A stretch of 64,000 nt of DNA from the NCBI GenBank assembly GCA_963770565.1, contig CAVYQE010000011.1, positions 704,001 through 768,000 of the forward strand, given 5' to 3'. Source of the DNA: an uncultured Actinomycetota bacterium (GTDB lineage: Bacteria; Actinomycetota; Actinomycetes; JAFAQI01). This document shows, piece by piece, positions 20,565 through 29,774 of this stretch (the first letter of the stretch is position 1; each line of letters starts with the position of its first letter). A program made the position numbers and the translations under genes. The notes below the pieces were generated by a model, which was not told the origin of the DNA, ran no database searches, and saw only the letters and a program-made list of their open reading frames with translations.

Positions 20565-20867
20565 TCAGCCGGCGCCGCTCTTCGCCGGGTCATTCGGGTG
20601 CGGCGAGAGCGGCGTGACCTCGTCGGTTCGCCAGATCCGCAGCGGCATCGAGGCGAGAATGCCTTCGAGCCCGTCGGCGTCGGGTGCCGAGAACAGGCCG
20701 ATGGTGCGCCACTCGCCGGGCTGCAGGGGTGGGCGCCACAGCCGGAGCAGGTGCCCTTGGGCGGCGAGCTCGCGCGAGCGTGCGGCTTCGCGCTGCCGGA
20801 CCTCGTCGACTGCTTCCTCGGAGGTTCCTTCGGGCACGTGCGCGGTCATGCTGACGAGATACTCGAT
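20565..20867 (-). CDS. Muconolactone delta-isomerase family protein (ATC at the expected start position)
   Basis: EYLVSMTAHVPEG...REAARSRELAAQGHLLRLWR...LASMPL..W.TDEVTPLSPHPNDP; GAGGAGG-N6-ATC. Confidence 0.8.
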   Translation of the reverse strand: MEYLVSMTAHVPEGTSEEAVDEVRQREAARSRELAAQGHLLRLWRPPLQPGEWRTIGLFSAPDADGLEGILASMPLRIWRTDEVTPLSPHPNDPAKSGAG

Positions 20868-21011
20868 CGGGCACCTCCTCGACCGCTGGCCTTTCGCCAC
20901 GCCAGGATTTCGCGCTGGCAGGTCGCTCGTGGTGCACGATAACGCCGACCTGCGGCGACCTGCGCAACGGTTCGGCTGATTCGGCCCGCGGCTGTCCTGG
21001 ATACTGCATGG

Positions 21012-21722
21012 ATGAACACAGGGCGCAGGGCGTCGGTCAGGTTGCGGGCAGCGGTTGTGGTCGGAACAGCGGCGCTCGTCGGCGTGTCGGTGGCGCCACC
21101 GGCGTGGGGCAGCGGCAAGGACCGCGAGTTCGCCGGCTACCTCGTCCACCGGGCTGGTGGAATCCGCGCGGTTGCCGCCGAGTTCACCATCCCCACCACC
21201 ACGTGCAAGAGCAACAACCAGATCGCGCTCGGCCCCGGCGTCTACCTGCAGCAGACCACGCTCGATGCGAGTAACGGAGTCGCAACTGGCGTCTACGAGG
21301 AGGTGGAATGCCTCGCCGCGGGGCAGGCCGGCAGCTTGTACGTCGGGATCTTCATCAATGCGATGGCCCACAAGACGCTCGTGGTCTCGCCCGGTGACGT
21401 CATCGGCGTGTCCCTGAAGCGCAGCGGCGGAAAGATCGCCGTCAAGGCGATCGACCACACGACGAAGACGACGATCACCGGGACCGGCAAGGAGAAGCAT
21501 GCCGAGACCTATGCGCTGTTCGGCTACTACCAGCCCGGAACCACGGCCTGGCAGCATCCGCACACCAGCCCGACGCCGTACACGTTTGCGACCGTCAACG
21601 GCGCGGCGCTGTCGAAGGCGCATCCTCGCGCCATCAACTGCGTGCGCGGCCACACCGTGCAGTTCCGGCCCAGCAAGATCACGCACGGCGAAGACTTCAC
21701 GATCACCTTCGTTCACAGCTGA
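21012..21722 (+). CDS. Secreted protein resembling the G1 (glutamic) peptidase fold
   Basis: Signal peptide, FAGY...V.AEFTIP..TC and VSPGDVI.VS pattern. Catalytic residues are not evident. Confidence 0.5.
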   Translation: MNTGRRASVRLRAAVVVGTAALVGVSVAPPAWGSGKDREFAGYLVHRAGGIRAVAAEFTIPTTTCKSNNQIALGPGVYLQQTTLDASNGVATGVYEEVECLAAGQAGSLYVGIFINAMAHKTLVVSPGDVIGVSLKRSGGKIAVKAIDHTTKTTITGTGKEKHAETYALFGYYQPGTTAWQHPHTSPTPYTFATVNGAALSKAHPRAINCVRGHTVQFRPSKITHGEDFTITFVHS

Positions 21723-21803
21723 CCCGCCGCCGCAGTGCCGGCCGGGGGAGCGGTGGCGGCGTGTCTAACTAGATCAATATAAGTGGTCTGCTACAGTAAT
21801 CTC

Positions 21804-21878
21804 ATGACCGCGCTCCACTCCCGCCGCCACATCGACCTCGAGCGGGTAGCCAGCGCCGTGTGTCTCGTCCTCGCCTGA
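21804..21878 (+). CDS. Actinobacterial Cys-containing leader peptide (MTALHSRRHIDLERVASAVCLVLA)
   Basis: RRHIDL.RV.SA.C motif; leaderless TACAGT-N6-ATG; directly upstream of cysteine dioxygenase. Confidence 0.85.
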   Translation: MTALHSRRHIDLERVASAVCLVLA

Positions 21879-21925
21879 CGTCCGCCGCCGCCTCTGCGGC
21901 TCCGTTCGATCGAGGAAGTTCCCCG

Positions 21926-22420
21926 ATGACCATGACCGATCTATCCGTGTCTCATTCCCTCGACACCGAGAACCTCGCGGCGCTGGTCCGCGAGTTCGCC
22001 GACAACCCGACGGCCTGGCTGGGCGGCGTCCGATTCGTCGCGGACGAGCGCTGGTGGACCCGGCTGCATTCCGACGAGACCGTCGACGTGTGGCTGCTCA
22101 CCTGGGTCCAGGACACCGGGACCGATCTGCACGATCACGGCGCCAGTGCGGGCGCCTTCACCGTCGTCTCCGGTCGGCTCGAAGAGGTCCGGCCGTCCGG
22201 GCCGACGGCGACGTTGGCCGCCACGACGCTGCAGCCCGGTGAGGTGCGCCGGATCGAGCCGGGTGCGGTCCACGACGTACGAAGCCCGTCAAAGGTGCCG
22301 GCAATCAGCATCCACGCCTACTCGCCGCCGTTGCGCGAGATGACCTTCTACGAGCTGACCGGCGCCGGGCCCGTTCCCACCCGCACGGTCGCTACCGCAG
22401 CCGATTGGAGCCACGCATGA
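21926..22420 (+). CDS. Cysteine dioxygenase family (cupin)
   Basis: VWLLTW...GTDLHDHG.SAGAF, VHDV, ISIHAYSPPL. Confidence 0.88.
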   Translation: MTMTDLSVSHSLDTENLAALVREFADNPTAWLGGVRFVADERWWTRLHSDETVDVWLLTWVQDTGTDLHDHGASAGAFTVVSGRLEEVRPSGPTATLAATTLQPGEVRRIEPGAVHDVRSPSKVPAISIHAYSPPLREMTFYELTGAGPVPTRTVATAADWSHA

Positions 22421-22806
22421 CCACCGCCACGATCGATACCGTCCTCACCGAGGTCCGGCACCGGCTCGAGCGGCTAGGCCCGCGCGACGCCCAGATCGCG
22501 GCCGCCGCCGGCGCGCTGCTCGTCGACATCCGTCCCGAGGTCAACCGCCGGGGCGAAGGCGAGATCCCGGGTGCGATCGCCGTCGACCGCAACGTCCTTG
22601 AGTGGCGGCTCGACCCCGCGTCGGACGCCCGCATCGCGCAGGCGTCGTACGACGCGTGGATCGTCTTGTTCTGCAACGAGGGCTACGCGTCGAGCCTGGC
22701 CGCGGCCTCGCTGCAGGAGCTCGGCGTCTCGATGGCGACCGACATGATCGGCGGCTACCGCGCCTGGAGGGCGCTCGGGCTCCCGGTCACGCCGCCTTCT
22801 GAGTGA
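22417..22806 (+). CDS. Rhodanese-like sulfurtransferase
   Basis: LVDIRPE, GEIPGA, RNVLEWRLDP, CNEGYASSLAA, GGYRAW. ATGA overlap with the dioxygenase. Confidence 0.88.
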   Translation: MTTATIDTVLTEVRHRLERLGPRDAQIAAAAGALLVDIRPEVNRRGEGEIPGAIAVDRNVLEWRLDPASDARIAQASYDAWIVLFCNEGYASSLAAASLQELGVSMATDMIGGYRAWRALGLPVTPPSE

Positions 22807-22981
22807 CCACCTCGTTGTCCGCCATTTGGTGGACCGGGACGTCTTCGGATCTCAGCGCACAGCCGCTGCCGGTACCTCTGCCCACCGGCTGCTAGGCGGA
22901 CTGATCAAGACCGATCGACCGACAAGGGCAGCGGACCTTCGGCTCTGCCGGTGACCTCGCCATCGTGGTCGTGTCATACGA

Positions 22982-25171
22982 GTGGTGACCGCAGGCAGGT
23001 TGGCCACCGTGACGGCTGCGGTGTTGTTGCTGCTTCCGGCGTCGGCCGCTTTGGCGGTGACCGGTCACCGGCCGCACTCAGGGTCGGCCGCGGTGCCAGG
23101 GTCGCAGCTGCCACCACGAGCGACGAATGCCGCACTGCCTCCTGAGCAGCTCCGCGGCCGAGGGGCCTGCCAGCACCTTCGTCCGACCGGTAGCCACCGG
23201 GTCTCAGTGTGCGTCGCAGGCCTCGAACCGCTGACCGCATCCGGCTTGCAGGCGGTTGTCGCTGATACCAGCTCGGGGGCGTCTCGCTCGCTGCTGAGCA
23301 CCTGCTCGACGAGTGCGATCGCAGATCGTTTCGTGACGTGCGCAACGGCACGAGGCGACTTTGTGGTGAGGCGACGTGAGCCCGGTCGGACCGCCGTACA
23401 TCGGGCGCCGCTAGCGATCGTCCAGATCTGGCAGACGTCGTCCGGGTCGTTGGTGATCCACCACTCCGTCTATGTCGATGAGCTTGGCGGGACGGGTCGC
23501 GCACTCGGTTCCGTTCAGGTGGCCTTGGCCAACTCGCACGTTCGAAGCGGGCACAACGTGATCGGGGTGGAGCGTCGGCACCGACTGACGCCGCGTCATA
23601 CCTCCGTTTGGCATCTCGTCGATCGCGAGGTGCTGCGCGATGGCGCCGCGACGAGCCAACGCACGGGAGTCGCCTATCTGGTGCGGAGCGAGGCTGGAAC
23701 TGCGCCGTCGGAGTTCGCAACAGTCGGATCGCATGCCTGGCGGTGCAACGGAGTCGGCACAAACGCCGGTTGTGTTGCGCCGTTGGTGATGCCCACCCTC
23801 ACTCTCGATGCGAACGTCTCGGGCGTTCTCGACCTGGTTGCACGTCAACTCAGCGAGGCCCAACTGGACGGCGCGCCAGGTGCGCCGGGGACCAGTCGGC
23901 CGCTTCGTGCCGTCACTCCCTCGGTGGAATCCGCCCAGCGCACCGCAGACTGTGCGGGCCTGACGCCGGACGGTCAGTTCGATGGTTGCAGCGTGTATCC
24001 GCCGGTCAACTCGGTCCAGGCCGGCGCTGCAGACAGTCCCGACGTGCGCGCACTTGCCCCTGCCGCGACCGCAGCGGCGACAGCGGCGATGCGGTCGTTC
24101 ACGTCGGTCGACCACATCCTGCCCGGTGACCGGTTCTACGAGGAAGCACAGGTGCGCACCGATCGAACCGGCCCCCGCATCATGATCGTGGGCGACTCGA
24201 TCTCTGAAGGCCACGAGGGCGAGTCGACCTGGCGCTACCGGCTGTGGCAGGAGCTTACGGTCAACAACGCCGACGCAACCTTTGTCGGGCCTTGGATCGG
24301 TACCGATCTCTTGGAGCCGCTGAGCTATAGCGGCCCGACGCCGCCGCACGACGGGTTGTACCGGCCGGGGATCGAGTTCGACAGTGCCAACGACGCTCAA
24401 TGGGGCTGGACCTTGGACGCCGCTACGTCGACGATCCAGGCCACGGTCGCGTCGTACCAGCCGGACGTCATCCTCGTCGAGCTGGGCTATAACGACCTGG
24501 CGTTCGGGGTGCATACCCCGGCCGGCCTCGTCGATGAACTCGGCACCTTCGTTCAGAACGCTCGAGCCGCCAACCCGAACGTGACGGTCGTCGTCAGCAA
24601 CGTGGTGCACCGGGACCCGGGCACCACGTCGGCCACCATCGAGACGGCCATCACGACGTACGACGGCGACCTGCCGGCCGCCATCGCCGGCCTGTCGACG
24701 TCCGGGTCTCCGGTCTATCTGGCCGACGTCGACTCGCAATACCCAACGCCACAAGACACCTACGACGGGCTGCACCCCAACAACGTCGGCGAATATGCCA
24801 TCGCCGGAGCGTTTGCCACCAGCCTGTCGGCCGACGCCGGGATCGGGGCGCCGATCCCGGCCAGCGTGATCCCGACCAGCGTGGTCGTCCCTCCGCTTGC
24901 CACGCCGACCGGCCTCACTGCTGTCGCGTCGGCGGGCGGGACCGTCACGCTGACGTGGAACCACGCCTTCGGCGCCACTGCGTATGACCTCTATGCGGCT
25001 GACCTCACCAAGGGCCAGGCCCTGACCCTGTCGTCAAGCACGGTCGGCGCCGACGGAATCGTGCGGACCGTGCTGTATCACGGCGACACGTATGAGTTCG
25101 CTGTCAGCAGCGAGTTCGGCTCATCCTCGGGCTCGACCAGCAGCCCCGTCACAGTGGTCACAACGGCCTGA
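22982..25171 (+). CDS. Secreted multidomain protein: degenerate NucA/NucB-like domain + SGNH/GDSL hydrolase + Fn3
   Basis: SGNH blocks IVGDSIS, WG, LGYND, DGLHP; Fn3-like PTGLTA..VTLTW...YEFAVS. Confidence 0.8.
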   Translation: MVTAGRLATVTAAVLLLLPASAALAVTGHRPHSGSAAVPGSQLPPRATNAALPPEQLRGRGACQHLRPTGSHRVSVCVAGLEPLTASGLQAVVADTSSGASRSLLSTCSTSAIADRFVTCATARGDFVVRRREPGRTAVHRAPLAIVQIWQTSSGSLVIHHSVYVDELGGTGRALGSVQVALANSHVRSGHNVIGVERRHRLTPRHTSVWHLVDREVLRDGAATSQRTGVAYLVRSEAGTAPSEFATVGSHAWRCNGVGTNAGCVAPLVMPTLTLDANVSGVLDLVARQLSEAQLDGAPGAPGTSRPLRAVTPSVESAQRTADCAGLTPDGQFDGCSVYPPVNSVQAGAADSPDVRALAPAATAAATAAMRSFTSVDHILPGDRFYEEAQVRTDRTGPRIMIVGDSISEGHEGESTWRYRLWQELTVNNADATFVGPWIGTDLLEPLSYSGPTPPHDGLYRPGIEFDSANDAQWGWTLDAATSTIQATVASYQPDVILVELGYNDLAFGVHTPAGLVDELGTFVQNARAANPNVTVVVSNVVHRDPGTTSATIETAITTYDGDLPAAIAGLSTSGSPVYLADVDSQYPTPQDTYDGLHPNNVGEYAIAGAFATSLSADAGIGAPIPASVIPTSVVVPPLATPTGLTAVASAGGTVTLTWNHAFGATAYDLYAADLTKGQALTLSSSTVGADGIVRTVLYHGDTYEFAVSSEFGSSSGSTSSPVTVVTTA

Positions 25172-25246
25172 CAAGCGGTGTCACCCTGGCCTGGCGCACC
25201 TGCCGCGTGGTAGTCAGAGGCGTAAGGCGACGGAGGGAGCCGGGCC

Positions 25247-25729
25247 ATGAGCGACGACCACCCAACGACACCCATTGGTGGCGCCGCCGCCCCCGGCGTC
25301 GGGGGAGCGGGACCCGCCCAACCGGGACCACCCGATCCAGCTCCGGCCGAAACTCGCGATCGCTGGCTCTACGGCCTCGGGTCAGTCGGTATCGGCGTGC
25401 TCGCCCTCCTGATCGCCTACATCGTCTTTGTCTTGAAGGGGTCGCCGTCGACCGGCGCTACCGCACTGGGCGCGATTGCCAGCCCGATCGCCGCGATGGT
25501 CGCGGCGTACTTCGGCGTCCAGGCCTCCACGTCTGCGGCCAAGGACTCACAGGCCTCGGCGAAGACCGCCCAGAAGGCGGCGCTTGACTCGCAGGCGAAC
25601 GCGCAGAGTGCGCATGAGCAGAAGAGCGCCGCGCTGGCGCAGGCCGCTTCGGCTCTGACCGCATTGGAGATGCGGGGGCATGGCGACGACGCGGACGCGA
25701 TTCGAAGCAGGTTCCCGGGCAGCCAGTGA
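25247..25729 (+). CDS. Hypothetical two-TM membrane protein with coiled C-terminus
   Basis: GGAGGGAG RBS, two hydrophobic helices, AYFG motif. Confidence 0.6.
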   Translation: MSDDHPTTPIGGAAAPGVGGAGPAQPGPPDPAPAETRDRWLYGLGSVGIGVLALLIAYIVFVLKGSPSTGATALGAIASPIAAMVAAYFGVQASTSAAKDSQASAKTAQKAALDSQANAQSAHEQKSAALAQAASALTALEMRGHGDDADAIRSRFPGSQ

Positions 25730-25736
25730 TACGTCG

Positions 25737-25774
25737 ACATTTCGGGAAGGCCCGAAGCGTCGCTGCATTAGCGT
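25737..25774 (+). promoter_or_regulatory. Inverted-repeat operator and -10 element for the ArsR gene
   Basis: TTCGGG-aagg-CCCGAA palindrome followed by TAGCGT-N6-GTG (leaderless). Confidence 0.6.
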
Positions 25775-25780
25775 CGGGTC

Positions 25781-26506
25781 GTGGGAGCAGATCTTGCCAA
25801 GGTGGCCCGGCTGCTGGCCAACCCGGCCCGCGCCAGGATGGTCGTGTCCCTGCTTGACGGTCGGCCGTGTTCGGCGGGGGAGTTGGGCCGGACGGCCGCG
25901 GTGAAGGCGTCGACGGCAAGTGAACATCTCGCCGACCTTGTCGCCGGCGGCCTGGTGTCCGTCCGGGTCGAGGGTCGGCACCGATACTTCTCGATCGCCT
26001 CGCCCGAGGTGGCTCAGGCGTTGGAGGCCTTCTCGCAGATCTGCCCGACCGAGGAGGTGCATTCACTGCGACAGTCGGCGGAGATGCGGGCGTTGGGCTA
26101 CGCCCGGACCTGCTACGACCATCTCGCCGGCGTCCTCGGGGTCGCGTTCTTCGACGGTCTCCAGGCGGCCGGCTGGCTGACCGTCGACGGCGACGCGATT
26201 GCCGTCACCACTCATGGGCAGGCGCGTCTCGACGACCTGGGCATCGATGTTGCGGCGCTGCGTAGTCAGCGGCGTAGCTTCGCGCGGCCGTGCCTGGACT
26301 GGACCGAGCGCAAGCCCCATCTCGCCGGGTCGCTCGCCGCGGCGCTGACCTCAGTCGCGCTGGAGCGGGGCTGGCTCGAGCGACACGAGCGGCGGCGAGG
26401 GCTGTCGATCACCCCCGCGGGCAAGCGGTACATGCCCATACACCTCGACCTGGTCATCCCGCCGGATCCGACGGCGAACGGCAGCACTGCTCGCGCGGTT
26501 GCCTGA
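25781..26506 (+). CDS. ArsR/SmtB family transcriptional regulator
   Basis: LANPARARMV..LLDGR..SAGEL...ASTASEHLA.L, GRHRYF, ARTCYDHLAG, CLDWTERKPHLAG. Confidence 0.9.
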   Translation: MGADLAKVARLLANPARARMVVSLLDGRPCSAGELGRTAAVKASTASEHLADLVAGGLVSVRVEGRHRYFSIASPEVAQALEAFSQICPTEEVHSLRQSAEMRALGYARTCYDHLAGVLGVAFFDGLQAAGWLTVDGDAIAVTTHGQARLDDLGIDVAALRSQRRSFARPCLDWTERKPHLAGSLAAALTSVALERGWLERHERRRGLSITPAGKRYMPIHLDLVIPPDPTANGSTARAVA

Positions 26507-26562
26507 CCCGCAACGCACGAGCATGCTGACCGGCACGTGCCGACCGCCGTACGGAGGACCTG

Positions 26563-26997
26563 ATGACCGAGGACAGACCCGCAGGCATTGAGGGAATCGC
26601 GCCGACCGGGCGGCTGTCGTATGAGCCGGCGATGGATCTGGTGTCCGAGCCCGGTGACCCCAGCGGCTCGAAGTGCAGGTGGCTCTTGGCGCCGCTCCCG
26701 GAGTCCTGGTCCGACTTCGTCCTCAGCGAGTGGGAGCTGGAACGGATCGGGTGGACCGACCTGCACCCTCACGACGAGACCAACATCGTGGTCGAAGGCG
26801 AGTTGCACGTGGAGTGTGAAGGCGAGACCGTCGTCGTCGGCCCGCGCGGCACGGTGCAGGTGCCGGCCGGAAAGGTCGGGCGGTATTGGGCACCCGTCTA
26901 CGCGCGCATGATCGCCGTGTACGGCCCCAACCCGACTGGCGCCAGGACCGAGTACGGCGAGTACTGGGAGATCCCGTCCGACGACCCGTCTAGGTGA
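26563..26997 (+). CDS. Cupin domain protein
   Basis: WTDLHPHDETNIVVEGELHVE...VGP..TVQVPAG. Confidence 0.75.
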   Translation: MTEDRPAGIEGIAPTGRLSYEPAMDLVSEPGDPSGSKCRWLLAPLPESWSDFVLSEWELERIGWTDLHPHDETNIVVEGELHVECEGETVVVGPRGTVQVPAGKVGRYWAPVYARMIAVYGPNPTGARTEYGEYWEIPSDDPSR

Positions 26998-28231
26998 TCG
27001 AGCCCCAGTCCCAGTCGTCCGCCGGCGAAAGGGTGGTGAGCTCGGGCACCGGAACGCTCCCGGGGTATTTGATCCCGTTGCCCGTGCTGATGACCATGAC
27101 GACGTCGCGAGGGTCGATCCAGCCGGACTCCCGGAGTTGCGCGACCGCCGCCAGCGCAACCCCGGTTTCGGGACAGACGAGCAATCCTTGCGTTCGCGCA
27201 TACTGCTGCTGAGCGCGAAGGGCGGCGTCGTCGTCGACGGCGACCGCCACGCCTTCGGTCTCCCTGATGGCCTGCAGGATGAGCCGGTCCCCGAGCGGCT
27301 TCGGGACGTTGATGCCGAACGCCGCGGTGTGCGCTCCGACCCAGGGCTCGCAGTGGTCCGCGCCCGCGTCGAATGCACGCACGACCGGTGCGCAACCGGT
27401 GGCTTGGGCGGCGACGAGGCGGGGGGCCGGGCCATCGATCAGGCCCATTTCCCTGAGCTCGCCGAGCGCCTTGTGGATCCCGATCAGGCCGACGCCGCCG
27501 CCGGTCGGGTAGACGACGACGTCGGGCGTCTTCCCTTCGAGCTGTTCGACGAACTCGAGCGCGATCGTCTTCTTGCCCTCGATCCGGTAGGGCTCCTTCA
27601 GGGTCGACGCGTCGTACAGGCCCGGCGTGCTCGACACGGCACGCGCGACGATCGCGCCCGCATCGCTGATCAGACCATTGACCAGCGCCACAGAGGCTCC
27701 GGTCGCGAGACATTCGACCCGGGTGATGAAGGGCGCGTCGAGCGGCATCACCACGCCGAGCTCGAGCCGATGCAGCGCCGCGTACGCCGCCCAGGCCGCG
27801 CCGGCGTTTCCGTTGGTCGGCATGATCATCCGCCGGACTCCGAGCTCGGCGGCGCGCGCGACCCCGACGGCTGCGCCACGGGCCTTGAATGTCCCCGTCG
27901 GCAGGACGCCGTCGTCCTTGACGAGCAGCCGCGGGACACCGAGCTCGCGGCCCAGTCTGTCCGCGGCGTGCAATGGCGTCATGCCCTCCCCGAAGCCGAG
28001 CCGGTACGTCGCGCCCCGGACCGGCAGTAACTCGGCGTAGCGCCAGAGCGTGGAAGCGCGGTCGGCCAGCGCCTCCGCGGTCATGCTCGCGCAAGCTTGC
28101 TCCAGGTCATAACGCGCCAGCAGCGGTGCGTCGCAGGCCGGACAAAGGTGTTGGATCGAGTCCGGCGGGAGCTCCGTCGTACACCGTGAGCACTGCAACC
28201 CGGTCAGTGTCGATGGTGGCGGCGTAGGCAA
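26990..28231 (-). CDS. Threonine synthase-like PLP enzyme
   Basis: N-terminal CxxC..CxxC, LWRY..LLP, GEGMTPL, PTGTFKARG, TNGNAG, RIEGKKT, PTGGGVG. Confidence 0.85.
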   Translation of the reverse strand: MPTPPPSTLTGLQCSRCTTELPPDSIQHLCPACDAPLLARYDLEQACASMTAEALADRASTLWRYAELLPVRGATYRLGFGEGMTPLHAADRLGRELGVPRLLVKDDGVLPTGTFKARGAAVGVARAAELGVRRMIMPTNGNAGAAWAAYAALHRLELGVVMPLDAPFITRVECLATGASVALVNGLISDAGAIVARAVSSTPGLYDASTLKEPYRIEGKKTIALEFVEQLEGKTPDVVVYPTGGGVGLIGIHKALGELREMGLIDGPAPRLVAAQATGCAPVVRAFDAGADHCEPWVGAHTAAFGINVPKPLGDRLILQAIRETEGVAVAVDDDAALRAQQQYARTQGLLVCPETGVALAAVAQLRESGWIDPRDVVMVISTGNGIKYPGSVPVPELTTLSPADDWDWGSIT

Positions 28232-28475
28232 GGCAGGTCCCTACTCAAATCGGATGAGGACGGTTGGGCGGCCTCATCGAGAAGTTAGCGGTCGACGCCG
28301 CGGAGCGCGCGCGAACCCCGGCGCGATCGTCCTCAACCCAACGCACCGGGGCGCATAGGCGTCAACCGCAGGGGAAGAACGACGACGACCACCCGGTCGA
28401 CACTGGAACGAGATCGAGGAGAGCGCCCTGACGACGGCCTTGTGGAGTGCAGACCCGCGCGTGGACAACGGGCCT

Positions 28476-29708
28476 ATGCCGGCGATCGCCCACAGGCTCA
28501 AGTCGCGGCTCGAACCGCTCGGGACGTTCGCGACCCGGCTCGACCCGACAGCGAACAGCCTCAACGCGATTCGGCTCGTCCTGGCCGCGACGGTGATCGT
28601 GTCGCACTCGTGGTCAATCGGGCGCTACGGCCGCGCGCCGACCCTGGGCGGCTTCACGCCGGGCGGCTGGGCGGTCGACGCCTTCTTCGTGCTCAGTGGC
28701 TACCTGATCACCGGTAGTCGGCTGAACAACAGCTTGGTGTCCTACCTCAGGCGGCGTGTGCTGCGGATCTACCCAGGGTTCGTGGTGTGCCTGCTCAGCG
28801 TGGTGATCATCTTCGCGCCGATCGGCTACCTCCATCTCCATCACACGTTGCGGGGCTACGCCTCGACCCCCAATTCTCCGATCCGGTACCTGTTGGCCAA
28901 CCTCGGTCTCAAGATGCATCTGCCGGCAGTGGCGGGCACGCCCGGTGGTGGCCGGGCGTGGGCAGGCACGCTGTGGACGTTGTACTTCGAGTTCCTGTGC
29001 TACCTGATCGTGGGCCTCGTGGCGTGCTGGGGTGCCTTCCGCCGCCGTCCGATCATCGCGGCGCTGATGCTGGCTGTTGCTACTACGGTCAGCTTCCAGA
29101 ACGACCACGTCGGCCATCACACCGACACCTCCAACCTGATCCGGCTGTTGCCGTTCTTCCTCGCCGGTTCGGTGGTCTATCTGCTGCGCGACCGGATCCC
29201 GTGCACGTGGTGGCTGGCCGTGACCTGTGCGGCGGCGCTGGTTGTCGTACCGGACTGCGGCCCACGGTTCGTCGTCATCTGCGCCCTGCCGCTGACCTAC
29301 CTGTTGCTCTATCTCGGTGCCGTCGTCCCGATCGCGTTGGGCCGCCGCAATGACATCTCGTACGGCCTCTACATGTACGGGTACCCCGTCCAGGAGGCCG
29401 TCCGCTACCTCCACTTCTCGTCCCAGCTGTTGTTCATCGCCGCCTCGATCGGCGCCACCATCCCGCTGGCCGTGGCCTCCTGGTTCATCGTCGAGCACCC
29501 GGCAATGGGCTGGGCGTCGGCCAAGCCGCGGCCGATGCCGGCGGTGCGACAACTCAACGAACCGCGGGCGTCAGTGACCGCCGTGCTCGCTTGGTCAACG
29601 GGCGGCGGGCCACGCGGTCGGAGTCGCGGCGATCCTCAGTGGTCCAGAACGCTCCGGGCGCGAGCCGCCGTACGTCGAGATGCAGGCGCTCCTCGTCGCG
29701 GCGGTTGA
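28476..29708 (+). CDS. Acyltransferase family 3 (OafA-like)
   Basis: NSLNAIRLVLA..VIVSH, AVDAFFVLSGYLI, RRVLRIYP, LWTLYFEF, DISYGLYMY, SWFIVEHP. Confidence 0.9.
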   Translation: MPAIAHRLKSRLEPLGTFATRLDPTANSLNAIRLVLAATVIVSHSWSIGRYGRAPTLGGFTPGGWAVDAFFVLSGYLITGSRLNNSLVSYLRRRVLRIYPGFVVCLLSVVIIFAPIGYLHLHHTLRGYASTPNSPIRYLLANLGLKMHLPAVAGTPGGGRAWAGTLWTLYFEFLCYLIVGLVACWGAFRRRPIIAALMLAVATTVSFQNDHVGHHTDTSNLIRLLPFFLAGSVVYLLRDRIPCTWWLAVTCAAALVVVPDCGPRFVVICALPLTYLLLYLGAVVPIALGRRNDISYGLYMYGYPVQEAVRYLHFSSQLLFIAASIGATIPLAVASWFIVEHPAMGWASAKPRPMPAVRQLNEPRASVTAVLAWSTGGGPRGRSRGDPQWSRTLRARAAVRRDAGAPRRGG

Positions 29709-29774
29709 TCACGACGAACAGCACGGTGACCGGGACGGCGCGGCTGCGACGCGCGGGCCACGGCAAGACTGGCG

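Noticed and set aside
20565-21716. 383-aa ORF suggesting a long isomerase fusion
   Set aside because: Only the last ~100 aa are family-like; the remainder is antisense to the gene at 21012-21722.
26990-28231. Calling this the housekeeping thrC
   Set aside because: It is not with hom/thrB and sits beside ArsR and cupin genes, so it may be a paralogue with another substrate; no symbol assigned.
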